Below, in pieces: positions 27,951 through 35,558 of a DNA stretch of 38,130 nt (position 1 is the stretch's first letter; each line of letters starts with the position of its first letter). Below the pieces are notes generated by a model that was given only the letters and a program-made list of their open reading frames with translations, was not told the origin of the DNA and made no database searches. The DNA lies in the IMG/VR virus record IMGVR_UViG_3300014208_001454, positions 1 through 38,130 of that record. One strand, given 5' to 3'. A program made the position numbers and the translations under genes. Source of the stretch: a virus. Its lineage: Duplodnaviria > Caudoviricetes.

Positions 27951-28697
27951 CTATGTATGGTTTGTGCAGGTGAATTGTATGTAGGTGGGTAGGTTTGATT
28001 TGGTTATATCAACATGAAGATATCTGCCTTTTCTCTCGGCATACACTATTCCTCTCTTGCGCCAAGCGGTGAAAGTATTGGGATGAATGCCTACACTCTC
28101 AATAAAATCAATACTTTTAACAAGGTTGTGATTTACTGTGATTAAAGGCTGTTTTTTCGGGACATATTTAGAGAATATTTTAATCTCTTGTAAATCAATG
28201 TTTTCCCTTTCGCAAAACCGCTGAAGGGATTTTTTGATCGTTTCGAACGGAAAAATATCTTCATCCAGTCCAAATTTTTTGCGAAGGTCCAGAATCATTT
28301 CTTGAATATGGAACTTCTCCTGCTGCTTTATCGATCGATGAATATTAGCCTCCAATTCACATTCAAACCGGTCTTTAATATAACCTTCCAGGGCACGATT
28401 AAATATTACAACATTCTTTCTGTTTAATACCCAACCATTGGTTTCAAATACTTTTTGTGGCAATTGAAGTTTTATGCAGCATTCGAATGAAAATTGTAAT
28501 TGGTCCCGGACCGGTGATTTTTGAAACAAGGTGTAAATCATATCCAATACATACGGTTTAATTGAATTGCCTTCTTCAATGAATTTCTTTACATAAGGCT
28601 TTACCGGTATTGGATCGGATGAGTAGGTCAGAATCACGGTATAAAAGTAACACATTGCCTTGCCACCCCATAGAACTAAGTACTTCAATTTATTCAC
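27951..28697 (-). CDS. DNA-binding protein, candidate late transcription regulator
   Basis: IPVKPYVKKFI N-terminal motif, FPFETIKKSLQR helix, C-terminal MerR/excisionase-like HTH (VGIHPNTFTAWRKRG). Confidence 0.55.
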   Translation of the reverse strand: MNKLKYLVLWGGKAMCYFYTVILTYSSDPIPVKPYVKKFIEEGNSIKPYVLDMIYTLFQKSPVRDQLQFSFECCIKLQLPQKVFETNGWVLNRKNVVIFNRALEGYIKDRFECELEANIHRSIKQQEKFHIQEMILDLRKKFGLDEDIFPFETIKKSLQRFCERENIDLQEIKIFSKYVPKKQPLITVNHNLVKSIDFIESVGIHPNTFTAWRKRGIVYAERKGRYLHVDITKSNLPTYIQFTCTNHT

Positions 28698-28767
28698 AGT
28701 CTCTATGAGGATTAAGAGAGGGTGTGGGTTGTGTTTTTATTCAAAAATATATCAACCTGTTTTTTTG

Positions 28768-28964
28768 TGTTGCATCTGTCACACTGTTACATCTTCTTTT
28801 ATCTTACTAATAATCAAATAAATATAATGCAACAAAGGGTGCAACATAAGATGCAACACAAATGCAACACAAAGCAACACAAAACCCCGTTTTTCGGTTA
28901 ATGTTGCAAAGCGTTGCAACCAATACAGTAAAGGAATTTCAGCGATTCAATACAAAATGCAACA
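28768..28964. repeat. Iteron array TGCAACA, putative replication origin
   Basis: Direct copies at 28828, 28840, 28852, 28863, (28873), 28958; inverted copies at 28768, (28777), (28785), 28902; AT-rich spacer 28792-28827. Confidence 0.7.
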
Positions 28965-29338
28965 CAAAACGAGTTCTTCCCAAAAAAATCTTCCCAAAAA
29001 ATCAACCGAAGTTCTGGCCGAGGTTTTCCACACACCATTTTTTCATCCGGAACCGGTTGCGTGGTTACGTTCTTCCCAGAAGTAGGATATATGATCGAAT
29101 TTTTGGCGCGCGAACACAATCTACTACTACGACCTGTGCAGTATGGCCTATTACGTCTTGACTGTTCCCCATCAGTATAAACATATCTTTGCTTATACAG
29201 ATAGTGGTCGTATGGAGGGTTGTTAGTTATCGCCATAAGATACTTAAATGTCTTTTTAAACCGCGTAATGCCGCAATGGACACACTTATTGTCGTTCCAT
29301 CTGTGATTACCTTTAGGTATCATATCGTTTTTGTTCAC
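28898..29338 (-). CDS. Hypothetical protein with CxxC motif
   Basis: HRW..KCVHCG; the C-terminal half runs into the origin repeats and may be non-functional. Confidence 0.4.
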   Translation of the reverse strand: MNKNDMIPKGNHRWNDNKCVHCGITRFKKTFKYLMAITNNPPYDHYLYKQRYVYTDGEQSRRNRPYCTGRSSRLCSRAKNSIIYPTSGKNVTTQPVPDEKMVCGKPRPELRLIFWEDFFGKNSFCVAFCIESLKFLYCIGCNALQH

Positions 29339-29361
29339 TTGTTTTAAATGACATCAGAATG

Positions 29362-29659
29362 TTAAGTAAAGATGAATCTTTCATTGTCCTGCACTATTGT
29401 GGTCCTGAATGGAAACCGATCTGTTGGTACTTGCCTTATCATTTCGATTAAAGTGGAGGATCCTGTGAAAACTACATGCTGAGAAGAACCGACCATTATC
29501 TGCAGGTGAAGGCATTTGCCTTTTCCGGCGAACTTTGATTCCTCTATTTTGTGAGCTTCCACGACGATTTCTTTGTTGAGTATTTTATTGATCTTGATTT
29601 TGTCTCCGGCAAACCCTTGAAACGGCTTTGATTCCGAAGTCTTTAAATGCGGCGGTCAT
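29362..29659 (-). pseudogene. RT-coupled small gene (~98 aa) interrupted by a single-base frameshift
   Basis: ATG at 29659 overlaps RT end (MTAAFKDFGI); reading continues in the +1 frame (KPFQGFAGDKIKINKILN...FTGSSTL...FPF); removing one A at 29627-29629 joins them. Confidence 0.65.
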
Positions 29660-30611
29660 GTAATAAGGTGTTGAGTAGGTTTTTGCCATCACAATGTTTG
29701 GTCCATCCATTGTAAGAGGCGAGTGTTAAAGGGTTTAATTGTTTTTGCCTGGCAATCTTGCGGGCGAAATTCTTCTTGATTGACTTGCGTAAAAGTGTGT
29801 GGGTGTGGTACGACCTGTAGCCCACGAAATCAATTCCTCGTGCAGCAACCGGGAATACCTGGTAATTACCTTTTACCTGTAGCTTCAATTCTTCAGCCAA
29901 GTAGGTTTTGATTTCTGCCAGTAGGTGATGCAGGTATTGCTTATCACCGTGTAGTACAACGATATCATCTGCATACCTGAAGTAATGCTTTACGTTCTTC
30001 ACTTCTTTTGTCCAGTGGTCAAAATATGTCAGGTAGAAGTTTGCCAGGTATTGACTCAGATAATTTCCGATCGGAAGCCCGGGTGCGCTATCGATAATCT
30101 CATCCAGTAAAAGCAAAGCATCAAGATCCTTTATCTTCTTGCGGATAAGCGCCTTCATTACCTGGTGATCCACACTTGGGTAAAACTTAGTGATATCCAG
30201 TTTCAGGCAATAGGCAGTTGATCGCTGATCGCGCAAGGCTTTACGAACTGCAAACGATGCCGAGTGAATTCCACGACCCTCAATACAGCTGAAGGTATCT
30301 GCGGTAAAGCATGCCAGAAACATCGGCTTGAGAATGTTCATTATCGCATGATGGACTATGCGATCCGGGTAATACGGAAGCCGGTAAACAACCCTTTCCT
30401 TTGGTTCATAAACCTTGAAGGTTGTGTACTCTGATGTTTTGTATTGCTTATTGGAAAGTAACTGGTGTAACGCAAGGATATTGTTCTCTCGGTTTTGGTC
30501 GTGCAGTTTAACGCCGTACTGCATAACCTTACCTTTGCGGGCCTTCTGATCCGCAAGAGTAAGGTTATCAATACTGATAATGCGCTTGTACAAGTTTGAC
30601 ATTCGTTTCAT
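29643..30611 (-). CDS. DGR-type reverse transcriptase
   Basis: KER, DRIVHHA, GRG, LKLDITKFYPS, GLPIGNYLSQ (DGR-type SQ), RYADD, GIDFVGY; ~322 aa with no maturase or endonuclease domain; likely start MKR at 30611. Confidence 0.95.
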   Translation of the reverse strand: MKRMSNLYKRIISIDNLTLADQKARKGKVMQYGVKLHDQNRENNILALHQLLSNKQYKTSEYTTFKVYEPKERVVYRLPYYPDRIVHHAIMNILKPMFLACFTADTFSCIEGRGIHSASFAVRKALRDQRSTAYCLKLDITKFYPSVDHQVMKALIRKKIKDLDALLLLDEIIDSAPGLPIGNYLSQYLANFYLTYFDHWTKEVKNVKHYFRYADDIVVLHGDKQYLHHLLAEIKTYLAEELKLQVKGNYQVFPVAARGIDFVGYRSYHTHTLLRKSIKKNFARKIARQKQLNPLTLASYNGWTKHCDGKNLLNTLLHDRRI

Positions 30612-30724
30612 GATTTGCTTTCTAAAGGTCTTCTTCATCGCTTGCAGCGATTACCAAAGCCCCTTGATTTAAGTTTATTTTTTGCAACTGATGGCAAGGT
30701 CTGCGCTGTTTAAATTCATCCTCA

Positions 30725-30796
30725 GCATAGCTGGGAACTGACATTCGAGTTCGAGTTATCGTTATCGTAGTCGTTGTACGACAGTCTGACACCTGA
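30725..30796 (-). repeat. DGR template repeat (TR)
   Basis: TCAGGTGTCAGACTGTCGTACAACGACTACGATAACGATAACTCGAACTCGAATGTCAGTTCCCAGCTATGC; AAC/GAT-rich, intergenic, upstream of RT; 21 adenines. Confidence 0.95.
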
Positions 30797-30830
30797 ACAA
30801 ACCAGCTCCAACAGCACACAACCCATTTCG

Positions 30831-31223
30831 TTAATCGCGGATAAAGAAAAATTTCTCAAAGTGTCCGACAAACTGCGTCGCTGCATACTCTGCCAGCTCA
30901 CTCGACTTAAAGCAAAGCCGGGAACCGACAGCCGAGTACGAGGCACCGTCAGCGCAGACGTAGTACGACAGTCCGACACCCGAAGGGTGTTCTGCATCTG
31001 CTTTGATACGGAACCATGGGTAATATTTCCACTGATCATGGTTATTCCAGTCCGGCTCCCAAGGCTGTCCATCGGCCTGATTGAGCGCCTTGGTGATGAG
31101 CTTTACCTCGCGGTAAGCAATCTCATCCGGGGTTAATAATTCAAGCAGCTGTGGTGGAAATTCCTTCTCTGCAATTGTGCCGAGTGCTGCGTAAACATCT
31201 TCGATAGTTTTGATGTTGTTCAT
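30831..31223 (-). CDS. DGR target protein 1 (~130 aa)
   Basis: Start MNNIKT at 31223; contains VR1; paralog of 31234..31722 (KALN..W.PDW.N....KYYPWF...GSRLCFKSSELAEYA). Confidence 0.9.
   Translation of the reverse strand: MNNIKTIEDVYAALGTIAEKEFPPQLLELLTPDEIAYREVKLITKALNQADGQPWEPDWNNHDQWKYYPWFRIKADAEHPSGVGLSYYVCADGASYSAVGSRLCFKSSELAEYAATQFVGHFEKFFFIRD
30912..30983 (-). repeat. DGR variable repeat VR1
   Basis: 72-nt ungapped match to TR; 16 mismatches, all at TR adenines (9 A>G, 4 A>T, 3 A>C). Confidence 0.95.
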
Positions 31224-31233
31224 TGTAAATTGA

Positions 31234-31722
31234 TTATAGGGTGAATAGTTTTGAGTATTCTGATATGAATTGAGTACCGGCATACTCTGCCAGTTCGCTC
31301 GACTTAAAGCAAAGTCGGGAACCGACAGTCGAGTGCGAGTCAGCGTGCGCGCAGACGTCGGCCGACAGCCCGACACCCGATTTGAATTCTTCCATGTTGA
31401 ACCAGGGGTAGTATTTATACTCTGAAGAATTTGTCCAATCAGGCTGCCACCCTTCGTTCAACGCTTTGGCGATGATGCTGATTCTCAAATGCGCCTGTGC
31501 TGCAAGCATTCCGGTATTTACTCCAGAATACTGCAATAAAGAATGTTGATCAGCGGTTGCTCCAACTGCTGAAAGCGCATCTTCGAATGTCTTGATACGT
31601 TCCATTACAGGCCTTGGAATGAACGAATCTCCCAGAAGTGCAGAGAGAACCTTTTTTGTTTCGCCTTTTGCCAGCTTTAATGCTGCTTCAGCGTTTTGTT
31701 TGTTGATAGTAATTGTTTCCAT
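31234..31722 (-). CDS. DGR target protein 2 (162 aa)
   Basis: Contains VR2; paralog of target 1 with an N-terminal extension. Confidence 0.9.
   Translation of the reverse strand: METITINKQNAEAALKLAKGETKKVLSALLGDSFIPRPVMERIKTFEDALSAVGATADQHSLLQYSGVNTGMLAAQAHLRISIIAKALNEGWQPDWTNSSEYKYYPWFNMEEFKSGVGLSADVCAHADSHSTVGSRLCFKSSELAEYAGTQFISEYSKLFTL
31309..31380 (-). repeat. DGR variable repeat VR2
   Basis: 72-nt ungapped match to TR; 19 mismatches, 16 at TR adenines and 3 elsewhere. Confidence 0.9.
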
Positions 31723-31750
31723 TGTTGATAGTAATTTGGGTTTAACTGTA

Positions 31751-32035
31751 TTAATATTTCTGTAATCGATATTTTAGCCTTTCAATTTTTTCTTCTTTAA
31801 TCTTATCTATTAACCCCTGTTTATTAAGCATTATCCTTACCTGTGCACACATAATTTCGACGTCAGATACTTCTCCACATAACTCTGTAAGGTTTTCTGA
31901 GGAAGCTACTCTCCTGAATTTGTTGATTGCTTTAATTAACTCAGCACATTCTTCAACCACCATATTCATTTGAGAATCGATTCCATACTTATTAATTGCT
32001 TCTGTTAAAACTTCGTTCTGTTCAATAGCGTTCAT
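31751..32035 (-). CDS. MazG-like nucleotide pyrophosphohydrolase
   Basis: EECAEL...EVSDV acidic helical motif. Confidence 0.75.
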   Translation of the reverse strand: MNAIEQNEVLTEAINKYGIDSQMNMVVEECAELIKAINKFRRVASSENLTELCGEVSDVEIMCAQVRIMLNKQGLIDKIKEEKIERLKYRLQKY

Positions 32036-32047
32036 CCTGTTCCCGGT

Positions 32048-32251
32048 TTATATTTTCACCATTAACTTTTGTTCAACAATCCTTTCGAATTCCTCCCTTG
32101 TTATGTATTGGAATTCTCCATTGGATCCAACCCGGTACAAATTGCACCCGGCCAATACATTGGCAGTCTGAATTTCCTCTCCTTCCCAAAACAGTTGGGT
32201 AATTACCCACAGACGGCCTTTGATATCCTTATATGTAGTCCATGCTTCCAT
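32048..32251 (-). CDS. Small hypothetical protein
   Basis: 67 aa; start overlaps primase stop. Confidence 0.55.
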   Translation of the reverse strand: MEAWTTYKDIKGRLWVITQLFWEGEEIQTANVLAGCNLYRVGSNGEFQYITREEFERIVEQKLMVKI

Positions 32252-34719
32252 TAGAAGGGTAATGTATTTTGTTGTTCAGGCTCCGCATGCAGTTCATTTG
32301 CTTGCTGCATTTCCGGATCTACCTCCATGTTTTCAATCTCTGCGGCTGTGAGGAAGTCCTTCTTGTAGAAAACATATGGACGGCCGTTCCCAGATACATC
32401 CACTCTCGATATCACCGTTCCGGATCCGGATGGGTTCGGTACCCGATCCCACCTTGGATATGAGTATCTCTTCACCACAGGCTTCTTCTTCATTTTGCCA
32501 ATATCTTCCAGAGTAAATTCCGAACGGCCCAAATGATCGAGAAGAGCCTGTTCAGACTTGAATCGCTCACCATCATATTCTATCAGGTGGTATGTTTCAA
32601 CATGCAACCGGTCCCGAATAACCCTTTCCAGGTATTCATTCTCAAACTTCTTCATTTCGAATTCCCGTTGGATATCACCCATAGTCATCATCAATACATC
32701 TGGGCCGAAATCGAAGAACATATGGCGGATCTTATTTCTAAGCTCCTTCTCTACAGTTGGTTTGCTGTATTCAATTACTTTCTTCAAAGCGTCTGTTTTC
32801 AGCAGTTCCGGATCGAACCATGCGCGATGTCGGTTGGGAGTCTTAATCTGCCGGGAGTTTAAAAAGTTCAGGAATGCAGGAATCTCTTCTTGCATTTTGT
32901 CGAGCATATTCACATCCAGTTGATCGGCTGTAAGCTTTGGAATCTTTCGAATCCAGTAACGAACATCATCTTCGGAGGCATAGATAAAATTGTCCTCGTT
33001 ATTGGTGAAGAACAGGAATTTGCCAAAGAAATCAATCTCAATATGATCCTTGCCCTTGGCATTCATGAAAATCTTATCGGTCGTGCTTAATGATTTCACC
33101 TTCTCAACTACTACCTGTTTGTCGATCTTGGCCTCATCGCAAATAATTAGAAGTTTGCTTGCCCAGCTGGCATTGAAATTATCTGCAAGCTCCGCATTAC
33201 CCACAATGGCCACATTTTGCGTGAAGATCATTTTGAGCAGTTTTCCCAAGGTTGATTTACCGGTACCATTCTCCCGGGAAACCAAGCACAGAATAGGAAG
33301 AATCTGGGTAGGGCTTTTAAACAAAAGTGTCAAGTAATCTAATCCCAGTTCATACTCATTAAATGTAAGTTTCTCGCCTCCTTTGGGATCCTTCCAATTG
33401 ATATCGTTCTGTCCAAAAATATGCTTAATGAATGCTTCAATATTTGTCCATTCACCTTCTTCCGGCTCATGCTCAAAAGGAGCATAAACATTGAAACAAT
33501 TATTAATTACCGGTTGAAAATTCACATGATCCGGAACATTGCAAAAAGCCTGGTATTTAGGAATGAACTTGACAAAGTTCTTTCCGTGATCATCTAAAAT
33601 TGTTCCCTTCATCCTGCGATGGAATGACCGCTCCAGTTGACCGTATTTATTAGGAATATCAACAAAAGTGTGATACTGATCACCCACACGGAAGTAATTA
33701 TTCGCTTCCCCCGGGATCATTACCTCACAAGTCTGCTTCTCATCGTTCCATTTGTATTTGGTTCCGTTGTACCGGAATTCCAAAGCTTTCATTTCCGGCC
33801 GGATCTGGCTATGGTGCAAAAAGAACGTATCTACATTATCCAATAGGAAGTGCCTGTGGAGCGGAGCAATATTGAATGTGATATCTACTCTAAAATAATG
33901 GTGTGGCTTTTTGCTCAGGTTGATCAGTTCCTGTACATATTCATCCTCCTGACCTGGAAATGCGCAAAGCAAATCATCAAGTCCTTTTGGATGTCCTTCT
34001 ATTTCGGATGAAAGGGTATAGGCCGCGTACCGCTTAACGTCAAATTCATTCAACAGGTCCTTGAAAGTATTACAGGTTTGGAAGAACCCCCTTGGTCTTT
34101 TGTACAGATCTATACCATCTTTCAGATCCTTTCCGGTGATATCCATACAGTCCCCATCCATGAGCCAGATTATATTCTCAACCTCACAAGCCAGTATCAG
34201 TCGTTTTATATCATCATGAAGATTACCTGTTGTTTTATCCTTCATGTGGTTGATCGAGGATAGCCCGACAATGTTCATGCCGTGCATTGCACCTTTGAAA
34301 GCTTTGAAATAGCCTTCAGTCATGATAAGGGTCTTGATTTTTTCCTTCTCTCTGAATGCTTTTACCAGGTTAGGTGGGAAAAAGGGCTGTGTTGGCTGAT
34401 CCTTGGGCATCAGGTATTTTATCACATCCCCTTTTTTATTCAGGATAGGTTTTTCTAATCGAGTAATGCAGTATTCGTTGTGTTTCCACCGGGTACCTTC
34501 TTTTGCATATCGAATGATTAAGCCATCTATAGTGTAAACCAGAATTTCAATGCCTTTAGCTACCTCACGGAAAATCCGGGTAGGTTTCAATACATCATCG
34601 TGAGTAGGGCCACCACCATTAACAGTAATATCGATGTTATTTATTTCATCGGTAATACCCAGAAGCTTCATACGTTTCGCGAAGTAGCTGAGCTCCTCAA
34701 TTTGAATTTGTTCGCTCAT
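32251..34719 (-). CDS. Primase-helicase (TOPRIM-like plus SF3/DUF5906-like NTPase)
   Basis: TEGYFKA, DGD, PKGLDD in N-terminal half; Walker A GTGKST, Walker B ICDEA, FTNN, DVRYW; ATG at 34719 overlaps upstream TGA. Confidence 0.85.
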   Translation of the reverse strand: MSEQIQIEELSYFAKRMKLLGITDEINNIDITVNGGGPTHDDVLKPTRIFREVAKGIEILVYTIDGLIIRYAKEGTRWKHNEYCITRLEKPILNKKGDVIKYLMPKDQPTQPFFPPNLVKAFREKEKIKTLIMTEGYFKAFKGAMHGMNIVGLSSINHMKDKTTGNLHDDIKRLILACEVENIIWLMDGDCMDITGKDLKDGIDLYKRPRGFFQTCNTFKDLLNEFDVKRYAAYTLSSEIEGHPKGLDDLLCAFPGQEDEYVQELINLSKKPHHYFRVDITFNIAPLHRHFLLDNVDTFFLHHSQIRPEMKALEFRYNGTKYKWNDEKQTCEVMIPGEANNYFRVGDQYHTFVDIPNKYGQLERSFHRRMKGTILDDHGKNFVKFIPKYQAFCNVPDHVNFQPVINNCFNVYAPFEHEPEEGEWTNIEAFIKHIFGQNDINWKDPKGGEKLTFNEYELGLDYLTLLFKSPTQILPILCLVSRENGTGKSTLGKLLKMIFTQNVAIVGNAELADNFNASWASKLLIICDEAKIDKQVVVEKVKSLSTTDKIFMNAKGKDHIEIDFFGKFLFFTNNEDNFIYASEDDVRYWIRKIPKLTADQLDVNMLDKMQEEIPAFLNFLNSRQIKTPNRHRAWFDPELLKTDALKKVIEYSKPTVEKELRNKIRHMFFDFGPDVLMMTMGDIQREFEMKKFENEYLERVIRDRLHVETYHLIEYDGERFKSEQALLDHLGRSEFTLEDIGKMKKKPVVKRYSYPRWDRVPNPSGSGTVISRVDVSGNGRPYVFYKKDFLTAAEIENMEVDPEMQQANELHAEPEQQNTLPF

Positions 34720-35558
34720 GCTATGTCCTCTGTTAATTCGTAATTTGACCAAACAACTTCAGTTGTTCTTTTTAATGCATTGGTCTTGTGATGGTGAGAA
34801 GTTTGTTTCCCTTTATACTTAAGGTGAGTTTCGTAAATTTCATTCTCATATCCGGATAATAGATAGTGGCCCTTTAATTCATTCAGTATTGAAATTAATT
34901 CACGCTGATCCTGATCACTTAACTCATGCTTATAACTTATATGTCCACTTCGGGTTGTACGTACATAAGGTGGATCCACATAGAACAATGTATTTTCTCC
35001 ATCATATTTTGAAAGTATATGCCTGAAATCACGGCATTCGATTTGAATATGCCTTAATTCTTCAACGACCAAATGAAGTCCCTCTATTTTAGAAAGCAAA
35101 CGAGCTACCGATTGGGATACATTATACCTCGAATCGTTGATCGTGTAACTCCACGAGTTATTCTTATTCAACGACCCAGTGTTTCCGAATGAAGAAACTG
35201 TTCTAATAAAGAAAGCACGAGCTTTTTCAACAGGATCTGTAATGGTTGATAAGTCCATGCTTTCATAATCCTGCCGGCAATGACAACTTAACTCAAGTTT
35301 TGAAATTAATTCTTCAGAGTTATCCCTTAGTTGCTGGAAAAAGTTATAAATATCTGTGTTCAAATCATTGAAGGTCCTCATTTTAATGCCCCCCCCCTTA
35401 TGATTTAATACAATTGCAGCTGACCCTCCAAACACATCAACTAAATGCATCTTAGGTGATTTATGAAGGTTTTGAAGTATGAATTTTTGGAGCTTGATTG
35501 CATTTTTACCCCCGAAATAATTAAATGCAGAAATTGGCTTTTTAGTATTTGTATTCAT
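34716..35558 (-). CDS. DNA adenine methyltransferase (Dam/D12 class)
   Basis: YFGGK, DVFGGS, ND and DPPY motifs. Confidence 0.92.
   Translation of the reverse strand: MNTNTKKPISAFNYFGGKNAIKLQKFILQNLHKSPKMHLVDVFGGSAAIVLNHKGGGIKMRTFNDLNTDIYNFFQQLRDNSEELISKLELSCHCRQDYESMDLSTITDPVEKARAFFIRTVSSFGNTGSLNKNNSWSYTINDSRYNVSQSVARLLSKIEGLHLVVEELRHIQIECRDFRHILSKYDGENTLFYVDPPYVRTTRSGHISYKHELSDQDQRELISILNELKGHYLLSGYENEIYETHLKYKGKQTSHHHKTNALKRTTEVVWSNYELTEDIA

Larger units (their letters stand above)
29362..31722 (-). mobile_element. Diversity-generating retroelement cassette: target2-target1-TR-RT-small gene
   Basis: RT plus TR plus two VRs with adenine-specific differences. Confidence 0.93.

Noticed and set aside
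28768-28964. CRISPR array
   Set aside because: Repeats are 7 bp with 3-5 bp gaps and mixed orientation; no cas genes
29643-30611. RT as group II intron, retron or Abi RT
   Set aside because: Short, has the SQ motif, lacks maturase/endonuclease domains, and an adjacent TR/VR set shows adenine-specific differences
30722-31072. ORFs 30722..31072, 30622..30819 and 30774..31136 over the TR
   Set aside because: Shadow frames overlapping target 1; the Asn/Asp-rich reading simply reflects the TR
31224-31376. N-terminal extension of ORF 30831..31376
   Set aside because: Overlaps target 2 in another frame; alignment with the paralog supports the ATG at 31223
31751-32035. Possible Avd accessory protein
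   Set aside because: Helical and nearby, but carries the EExxE...ExxD MazG-type motif
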